Source of the DNA: Candidatus Thorarchaeota archaeon
GTDB taxonomy: Archaea; Asgardarchaeota; Thorarchaeia; Thorarchaeales; Thorarchaeaceae
Assembly (NCBI GenBank): GCA_003345555.1
Contig: PRDJ01000041.1
Span: 1-32,000, forward strand
Length of the DNA: 32,000 bases
Direction of reading: 5' to 3'
Each line of letters starts with the position of its first letter. The first letter of the stretch is position 1. This document shows positions 25,864 through 32,000 of the stretch, piece by piece. Under the pieces are notes generated by a model, which searched no databases, was not told the DNA's origin, and saw only the letters and a list, made by a program, of their open reading frames with translations. The translations under genes and the position numbers were made by a program.

Positions 25864-27456
25864 TCAACTGAAGCTTGTCTTGCTCCAGTTCACCCGAAAC
25901 ACAGACATTGTGTCTCGTCCGCTTATGAAATTGTCCTCCAAATGAACCGTATAGATTTTGTCGTACGCGCCGGGTAGCCAGTACCAGTAGAAGAATATCT
26001 CATCGAAGAACACAAAGTAGTCGCATCCGTGGTTTTTGAGGTAGCTCAAAGTCTCTATAACGGTCATGTTGCCGTGAACGATGGCAGGAGTCACGAGACC
26101 AGCCAAGTCTATCACAGAACGTCCGGAGAAGAAACGCAGCGCTCCAGCATCGTGAATTGCGAAGACTGCATCTTCCGGTGTATTGTCTCTCAGCCAGATG
26201 CCAATCTGGACTTGCTGCTCGTTTATGTTCTTTACAGCGTTGCCAAATAGCTGTGCTTGAATGAAATACTCGGGGAGGAGCGGTACTAGTACGAGGTCTA
26301 TGACAATGAACACGGCAGCAACCTGTACAAGTGCTTCTGTTCCTGGCCGAATTCTCGCAGTAAACAATCTTTGAAACAAACAAGCAAATCCAGCAACCGC
26401 AGTAATGACGAGCAGGTCGAAGACTGGCACAAGATACCTTGCGTTATTGATGAGTGCCCCATATGGATTAGAAAATCTGTAGAGCAGTAGCAGAGAGAGA
26501 CCCAGCAACCATGTATAGGGCTTTCCCTTGATAGCCAGATAGATGCCTGAAACTACCCCGATAGTGATGAAGGGGAACTCAAGCAACCAAACGGACCACC
26601 AGAAATCCCAAGCCTCGATTTCCGAAACGTTTGGCACGTGAACCTTTGCATAGAAGGTATCGGGCAGGGGATATCCCGTTGTACTGAGGCAGTACATGAC
26701 CCAAGGAACCACAACAAGCAAAGCCAATGCCCCAGCCAAGAGGAACGAAGCTACACGGCGGAGTGTAAGTTGTCTTCTGATTGTGACAATCAGGAATCTC
26801 ATCGGAAAGCAAACCAAACACACCAAGATACCCTCGGGCCTTGAAAGATAAGCAAGTCCTGCAACAACTCCTAACAGAGGATCGTACTTCACCTCGGTCT
26901 TGTCAAGGAGGTAAATGGAGAGCATTAGCATGAAGACGAAGAGGGGTGTTTCCATGCCAGAGAGCATCAGCCAAGTGTTTCTCGGAAACAGAACAAAGGC
27001 AGCCATGGCGAGAAATCCCCAAACAGTATGTCCTGTATAGCTTCTCACGACAAGTCCGACCAGAAAAGTGCATAGACAGTAGAGAACTGTCGCGATCACG
27101 TAAGTTCCCAATACCAGCCTTTCAGGATCGTTGGTGAAGAGAAGAAGAGAACTAAGCAAGATGGACCACAGAGGACTTGTCGAACCGGTCGACGGAACGC
27201 CTGGTGAATACTCCCAAGGGTGACCTTCATAGATTGTCCGGGCGAATTGGAGGTGAATCCAGGAGTCATCAAGTGCGAACCCTGGCTGGGTCCACATGAG
27301 CAGCGTGACGAAGTAATGAATGCACGATGTGACAGTCATCAAGATCGAAAAAAGGAGAATCTCCACTCCCGCTTTGTGTCCCGGAAGCCAATCTGAGATG
27401 CGGTCACTGATACGCCGCTTCGTCGGACCAGCAGCTTGCAATCCTTGGCCCGCCAA
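25864..27456 (-). CDS. GT-C superfamily (ArnT/PMT-like) polytopic glycosyltransferase
   Basis: First-loop acidic pair LDDSWIH; STGSTSPLW; SGMETPL; SRPEG; PDTFYAK; RYLVP; C-terminal soluble domain DAGALRFFSGRSVIDLAGL; many TM segments. Confidence 0.72.
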   Translation of the reverse strand: MAGQGLQAAGPTKRRISDRISDWLPGHKAGVEILLFSILMTVTSCIHYFVTLLMWTQPGFALDDSWIHLQFARTIYEGHPWEYSPGVPSTGSTSPLWSILLSSLLLFTNDPERLVLGTYVIATVLYCLCTFLVGLVVRSYTGHTVWGFLAMAAFVLFPRNTWLMLSGMETPLFVFMLMLSIYLLDKTEVKYDPLLGVVAGLAYLSRPEGILVCLVCFPMRFLIVTIRRQLTLRRVASFLLAGALALLVVVPWVMYCLSTTGYPLPDTFYAKVHVPNVSEIEAWDFWWSVWLLEFPFITIGVVSGIYLAIKGKPYTWLLGLSLLLLYRFSNPYGALINNARYLVPVFDLLVITAVAGFACLFQRLFTARIRPGTEALVQVAAVFIVIDLVLVPLLPEYFIQAQLFGNAVKNINEQQVQIGIWLRDNTPEDAVFAIHDAGALRFFSGRSVIDLAGLVTPAIVHGNMTVIETLSYLKNHGCDYFVFFDEIFFYWYWLPGAYDKIYTVHLEDNFISGRDTMSVFRVNWSKTSFS

Positions 27457-27695
27457 AGCTGACTCTCCCGAGTCAAACTCTCCACCCTAAGGACAACATA
27501 AACCTTGGGAACACGGCTGCCCACGGCCATGCAGGTCGGTCAGAACTCGGAGAAAAGACAAAGTCAAGGAGATACTTTCGGAAACCCCCCTCTGGGATGC
27601 TCATGTTCCAAGTGTCATATTCCTGTGTTGAACAACTGGCTTAGCAATCCTCGCAGTCGAATAACTCAGTCTGGAGAAGTTCAGGTTGGGTTAGA

Positions 27696-28853
27696 ATGTC
27701 AATTGGACAAGTAATCACGACCCAAGTTCAACTGGTTCCGATGCCAGTGAGAAGATCATTCACAGTATTCAGTCCACCCGGTATTTCTGTCGAACCCGCC
27801 AAGTATCCGTACTTGCTTGCAGGCGTACTCGCTTCGACCGACGCTTCAGAGCATCTTTCAATTTACGATCATCCTGGGGCTTGGAAAGGTCTAGATCGTG
27901 AAGCAGTCATCACCATGAGAAGGTGCCTCTATAGATTCGTTACACCAGTCAATGCTCGAGAGATGTATCCCAAAGACACAGTTCGGGCTCTCCAGACAAT
28001 AGCCCTCTCTGTTAGCCCTGTAGCGATACGTGTCGAAACAAGTGAGATTCCACCCATCAGAATCCAGACTCAACCCGCTCTGCTCCCGTCAAGTCCATCA
28101 GTCACTGTAAAGTCAATCGAACTCCTCTCGGAACCAGAGATCACCAAGGTGGCAGAGAGAATCACCAGCAAGGACATTCCGGCATCTGACGGAATCTGCC
28201 AGCTCCTTGAATACGACTATAGCCTTGACCAAGTTGCCCGCCTGCTGGCTGTTGGTCTCTTGGGAAGACTCAACAGCAGAAGGCTCGTCCCCCTAAGGGG
28301 AGCATACAAGGCAGCAATCGATGCCTTTGTCAGCAAGGTCCTGATGGATATCGTTGAGAGGCCGTCATCTCAAACATATAGAATCCACCTTGGCAGTCTA
28401 TATGGAGACACCTTTGTGGTACTATTCCAACCCGGCGACCCCAGAGTCGACTACCTCCGGGTGGAGACGGGGAATGGGTCTCAGTCAGGAGGCTACAGCC
28501 TAGAGGACCCTCGCCATCCGACAACGGATCCAAAAACGTCCATCTACGCCGACCACGCAAGGTTTTCAGCATACCAGTGCCTAGCGAGGGAAAGGAACAA
28601 CTCCCATATCATCGTCTTTCACCACTCTCGAGGCCAGCTGAATCAACTCCTTGGACCTTGGCTGGTCAGGGCAGGCGTGGAGGAAGCTCTCGACTCGGAA
28701 CCCATTCTATTTGACAATACGCAGGACATGGCGCAGGCCCTGAACTCGATTCTTACTCCGGAGCTCAGAGCAGTATTCCGCGAATCGCCAATACCGTCTC
28801 GATTGGGACTCAATGGTGATGCAGTCGAGTTGCCTACTCCTCTCTCTTCTTAG
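27696..28853 (+). CDS. Divergent Nre (DUF650/DUF651) DNA-repair family homologue
   Basis: FSPPGISV...YP, DHPGAWKG, LQTIALSVSPV, LLAVGLLG..SRRLVPLRGAYKAAID and LGPWLVRAGV correspond to Nre SPPSVFVG..GYP, D.P..W.G, Q..ALS..PV, LS.G.LG..RKLVPTRWSITAVD and VGVWQVRE. Start 27696 or 27741. Confidence 0.72.
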   Translation: MSIGQVITTQVQLVPMPVRRSFTVFSPPGISVEPAKYPYLLAGVLASTDASEHLSIYDHPGAWKGLDREAVITMRRCLYRFVTPVNAREMYPKDTVRALQTIALSVSPVAIRVETSEIPPIRIQTQPALLPSSPSVTVKSIELLSEPEITKVAERITSKDIPASDGICQLLEYDYSLDQVARLLAVGLLGRLNSRRLVPLRGAYKAAIDAFVSKVLMDIVERPSSQTYRIHLGSLYGDTFVVLFQPGDPRVDYLRVETGNGSQSGGYSLEDPRHPTTDPKTSIYADHARFSAYQCLARERNNSHIIVFHHSRGQLNQLLGPWLVRAGVEEALDSEPILFDNTQDMAQALNSILTPELRAVFRESPIPSRLGLNGDAVELPTPLSS

Positions 28854-28889
28854 AGACAAGTGCAAAAAAGTTGAGGTAGGACGTATGTC

Positions 28890-29894
28890 CTACTCCTTCT
28901 CCTTTGCCTGCTTTCTTGAAGCTCCCTTGTACATGAAAACGAGAGCCACTGCCATCAGTAGGCCCCCTGCTACAAGATCTCCACCCACATATGCTCCCAC
29001 GAGTTCTTGTATAGGCGCGAACGGAATCTCCAGTACGCCAAGGCCCATTGCCAAGAGGACTGCACCGATGATTAGGAGAACGAAGCCGAGCCCGAGCCCC
29101 ATTGCTCTGAATGCTGCAGACCGCGGATACTCACTTTCTATGACATATCCGGTAGAGGCAGACACAGACGCTTTGAAGCTCTTGTTGCCATATCGATACT
29201 GAATCTCCCAGACTGGAACATGAACCAAGAATGTCTCTCCAATGTTGACCTTATCGTCTCTCGATTCAATTTTCGAAATCTCTTGCGTAATCAATCCAGT
29301 CTGTCGGTCAAGCGCAATCTGCTTAGCGGCTGCCTTCGCTCCATCCTCAGACATCTGACTATGAAGCAATGTGCCGCCATACTGCTCCGCGTGGTCATGG
29401 CTGAAGTACTCCTTCGCCCTAGTCGGAATCGCCATCGATTTTATGTCTTGGTCAATCGCGCCTACTCCGGGAACCTTAATCTCGTAGTTCCTGCTGAATT
29501 CGCCAGACTCCGGTTTCCAGAAGAAATCGATCCTCTTGTAGGCCCCGCGGTACTGCGGCCATTCATCGCTGAACGTAGCATCCCGGCCAAGGCCTTTGTA
29601 CGAAGACTGTGCATCGATGCGACTCACCCAGAAGGGGTACCAGATTTGCTCAGCCTTTAGCAGATGGGCGGTCGATCCAAGATCACCGGGCACGCCAAGC
29701 TGCTTTGAGACCCAGTCTAGGAGCGTTGTGAATGACTGATTCTGATCGAAGTGGACACGAATCATGTAGTGCTCCTTTAGCTTGGCTCCTTCAACGGTCT
29801 GTGCAGTCCCACAGAATGGGCATATCAACAACAAATCATCAGGGTTAGATTTGATGTCTCCACCACAAAACGCGCACTTTGTCACTGCTATCAC
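28890..29894 (-). CDS. Zn-ribbon membrane-anchored protein, YdjG-like (paralogue 2)
   Basis: CAFC..CPFC ribbon; QIWYPFW; VPVWEIQYRY..K...VSASTG.V...P; two C-terminal TM helices. GTG start overlaps the upstream stop (GTGA) after a GGGG purine run. Confidence 0.7.
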   Translation of the reverse strand: MIAVTKCAFCGGDIKSNPDDLLLICPFCGTAQTVEGAKLKEHYMIRVHFDQNQSFTTLLDWVSKQLGVPGDLGSTAHLLKAEQIWYPFWVSRIDAQSSYKGLGRDATFSDEWPQYRGAYKRIDFFWKPESGEFSRNYEIKVPGVGAIDQDIKSMAIPTRAKEYFSHDHAEQYGGTLLHSQMSEDGAKAAAKQIALDRQTGLITQEISKIESRDDKVNIGETFLVHVPVWEIQYRYGNKSFKASVSASTGYVIESEYPRSAAFRAMGLGLGFVLLIIGAVLLAMGLGVLEIPFAPIQELVGAYVGGDLVAGGLLMAVALVFMYKGASRKQAKEKE

Positions 29895-30919
29895 CCCTTC
29901 TCCTCTCGCTGAGGCATCATCAGAATCCTGATGCCGAGAACTGTCATTATGATTCCCACCACTGTTGCTGCGATACCAGCTATCATCACACTGCCCGGTT
30001 CGGTGATATACCCACGATAGGCGAACTCACCGCCCACTGCAGCCACGATAATGCCGAGGATTGCAAGGAGTGTCCATAGCGCCCTCTGCCCTTTCGTGAT
30101 AGGAATCTCTCCGACAAGCACTCTGCCAGTGTGTCCGTCCATGGCGCACTTGAAAAGACCACCGCCGAACTTATACCGAATCAGCGCAAACGGGGCTTGA
30201 AGGTAAGTCGTACCCCGAACAGCCGTTGTTGTTCTGCAGTCGAAAAGCTCAGAAAGACCGGACTTGGCCTGAGCCCTGTGCCTGTCAGCGACTTGACCAC
30301 TGGCACTCTTCTCGTATTCATCTGCTCCTATCTCGGCATTGAGCATGGTGGGCTTTAGGTCCTTGATCTTCTCGAAATCGTATCGCACTGTGTCTTTCAA
30401 GTCAATCGCCTTGAGGTAATCTTCCAGACCGTAGAAACGGGACCCTTTCCTTGCCAACAATGGTTCATCTGTATCGGAGTGAATCTCACTTTGCACCGGC
30501 ACATAACCGGTCTCGTACGCGGTGTAGGTTTCAGTACGAGTGTGGCCCTGCGAATCTCTCACGGTCCGTGTTCGTTGCACCGGAACCTGTACTGTCTTGT
30601 AGCCCTTGTACCAGCTATCAGCCTTCACCTTGGAAGTCCAGACGGGAACGAAGATCAGATTGTTCTCCACGACTTGAGCGCCTTGCACGAGAGCCTTGTT
30701 CGCCCCCTTGTGCTTCCCAAGATACGCACGAAAACCATCTGTTCGCTCTCTGTCGCCTATGGCCATTTCCATAAGGTGGTCCCCAATTGCTTTCCCTTCT
30801 ATGGTCGTCGTACTGCCACAATAGCTGCAGGTAATGACCATATCATCGGGACCAATTCGGACGTTACCATTGCAGACCGGGCACTTGAAAATGTCCGCTG
30901 CCTGTGCTTCTGTCCCCAT
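29891..30919 (-). CDS. Zn-ribbon membrane-anchored protein, YdjG-like (paralogue 1)
   Basis: CPVC..CSYC ribbon; IFVPVW; AMDGHTGRVLVGEIPITKG resembles B. subtilis YdjG AMNGQTGKVVGKPPISRG (from memory); two C-terminal TM helices. Confidence 0.72.
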   Translation of the reverse strand: MGTEAQAADIFKCPVCNGNVRIGPDDMVITCSYCGSTTTIEGKAIGDHLMEMAIGDRERTDGFRAYLGKHKGANKALVQGAQVVENNLIFVPVWTSKVKADSWYKGYKTVQVPVQRTRTVRDSQGHTRTETYTAYETGYVPVQSEIHSDTDEPLLARKGSRFYGLEDYLKAIDLKDTVRYDFEKIKDLKPTMLNAEIGADEYEKSASGQVADRHRAQAKSGLSELFDCRTTTAVRGTTYLQAPFALIRYKFGGGLFKCAMDGHTGRVLVGEIPITKGQRALWTLLAILGIIVAAVGGEFAYRGYITEPGSVMIAGIAATVVGIIMTVLGIRILMMPQREEKG

Positions 30920-30968
30920 GTTTAGTTCTCCGCGATTTGTGAACTAGGATAACCATACGGTCATTCTC

Positions 30969-30993
30969 TATTATTAATTCCTATTGTATATAC
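30969..30993 (-). promoter_or_regulatory. AT-rich TATA-like promoter region for the YdjG-like pair
   Basis: Minus strand reads GTATATAC..AATTAATAATA, 50-75 nt upstream of ATG 30919, in an otherwise roughly 50% GC window. Confidence 0.4.
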
Positions 30994-31066
30994 CCAGCGC
31001 GGATTGCCAATAGTGGGTTGGCTTTGAATCGGTGCCATCAGATGTGCACTTAGGAAATGGTAGACA

Positions 31067-31999
31067 CTACCTTCTGACTTCGTCACGGAGGCGCGCCGCA
31101 GAAAACTCATCCACTCGATCTTTCATTTCTTCTCGTGCGGCCTGATGGCGTTCCAAGAATTCAACCATCCTTGGCGCAAGTATTTGTTTGCATTCACCAC
31201 AAAGAATCGCTCCGCTTCTGCATTTCTGGTCGATGTCTGCGAGTTCTCTGTCGTCCGGCATGAAGATGAATGAGTAATACTTGAAGACCGAACACACGTC
31301 GGGATTTGCTCCAAGCCTCCTCTGCTCCTCTGCTGTGGCCCTGCCGCCTGTGAACGCGTTCATGACTTTCTTCCTAGCCAGTTTCGGTTTGTCAGTCGTA
31401 AAGATGGCCGACATTGGATCAGAAGAGGACATCTTTCCCCCTTCACCCAAGCCTGGGACAAATTTGTTCTGGATAGACGCGGGCTTGTAGTATCCCAGCT
31501 TGTCTGCAACATCGCGAGTGACTCTCCAATGCGGGTCTTGGTCTATCGCACAAGGAATGAGACAGGGAACGTTCTTGCCAACAATCCAAGAATGCAGAAA
31601 CGCCGGCACAGCTTGAAGAGCTGGATACCAGATACCTCCGATATTCATGGAGTTCTCAAAGCCGTAGACTGCCTTTGCAGTGGAGAACGTCACTTTCTTG
31701 GCAACCTGAACACCAAGCTCGTATAGCAGGTCAATGTGTTTGATGTCATCAATCAGGAACGTCGTTTCAGGTTCAAATCCTAAGGCCAGAAGATCCAAGG
31801 AGTTCTCGTAGGTATAATGACGGACCTCCTCGATTGTCATGCACTCCTCAAAGAAGAATTTCTCATCATTGGTCAGCTGGAAGTACAGGCGCGTCTTGAA
31901 ACGGTCCTTCAACCATTTGGTGAACATCCAAGGTATGAGGTGACCAATGTGGACTTGGCCGCTAGGTCCTCTGCCTGTGTAGATGAAAAACGGGTGGCC
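31067..31999 (-). CDS. trpS: Tryptophanyl-tRNA synthetase, archaeal/eukaryotic type; 5' end lies beyond the window
   Basis: The frame is open to the window edge: FFIYTGRGPSGQVHIGH (HIGH), IPCAIDQDPHWR, KMSSS (KMSKS), AFTGG, CGECK. Confidence 0.96.
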   Translation of the reverse strand, partial: GHPFFIYTGRGPSGQVHIGHLIPWMFTKWLKDRFKTRLYFQLTNDEKFFFEECMTIEEVRHYTYENSLDLLALGFEPETTFLIDDIKHIDLLYELGVQVAKKVTFSTAKAVYGFENSMNIGGIWYPALQAVPAFLHSWIVGKNVPCLIPCAIDQDPHWRVTRDVADKLGYYKPASIQNKFVPGLGEGGKMSSSDPMSAIFTTDKPKLARKKVMNAFTGGRATAEEQRRLGANPDVCSVFKYYSFIFMPDDRELADIDQKCRSGAILCGECKQILAPRMVEFLERHQAAREEMKDRVDEFSAARLRDEVRR

Positions 32000-32000
32000 T

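Noticed and set aside
27505-27714. 69-aa ORF with CSCSKC as the possible missing Nre Zn finger
   Set aside because: The Cys spacing does not match the Nre CxxC...C...CP pattern, it is in another frame and it spans a probable divergent promoter region.
31768-31783. GGTTCAAATCC T-loop-like motif suggesting a tRNA
   Set aside because: It lies inside trpS (encodes LGFEP on the minus strand), and no acceptor, D or anticodon arms can be formed.
1-32000. CRISPR arrays, IS elements, integrases, rRNA/tRNA genes, genome-wide stop-codon reassignment
   Set aside because: No periodic repeats, transposase/recombinase motifs or RNA-gene signatures were seen by eye. TAA, TAG and TGA all terminate conserved proteins at their expected ends.

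Overview
Compact, gene-dense archaeal chromosome segment with 26 supportable CDSs. I saw no rRNA, tRNA, CRISPR array, transposase or integrase. The information-processing genes are archaeal (alpha2-type GlyRS, archaeal TrpRS, archaeal PPAT, crenarchaeal/hSSB1-type SSB, Nre homologue). They are mixed with bacterial-type genes (mutS1, mutL, rpe, transaldolase, class II HMG-CoA reductase) and helical-repeat proteins resembling eukaryotic SNAPs. That mix suggests an Asgard archaeon, probably Thorarchaeia; this is an inference, not proven. Most of the window is housekeeping. The best candidates for new biology are: (1) a convergent pair of alpha/gamma-SNAP-like proteins, one fused to two apparently cytoplasmic Ig-like domains (22012-24008); (2) a tandem pair of YdjG-like Zn-ribbon membrane proteins with no PspA/SPFH partner in view (28890-30919); (3) a possible two-state RNA structure between hmgA and the first SNAP-like gene; (4) translation-start anomalies (coaD has no in-frame start; an in-frame amber uORF precedes an 892-aa SpoIIM-domain membrane protein); (5) degenerate DNA-repair homologues (SSB lacking two stacking aromatics; Nre lacking Zn finger and PIP box). 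All family assignments were made by eye from remembered motifs; no database search was run.
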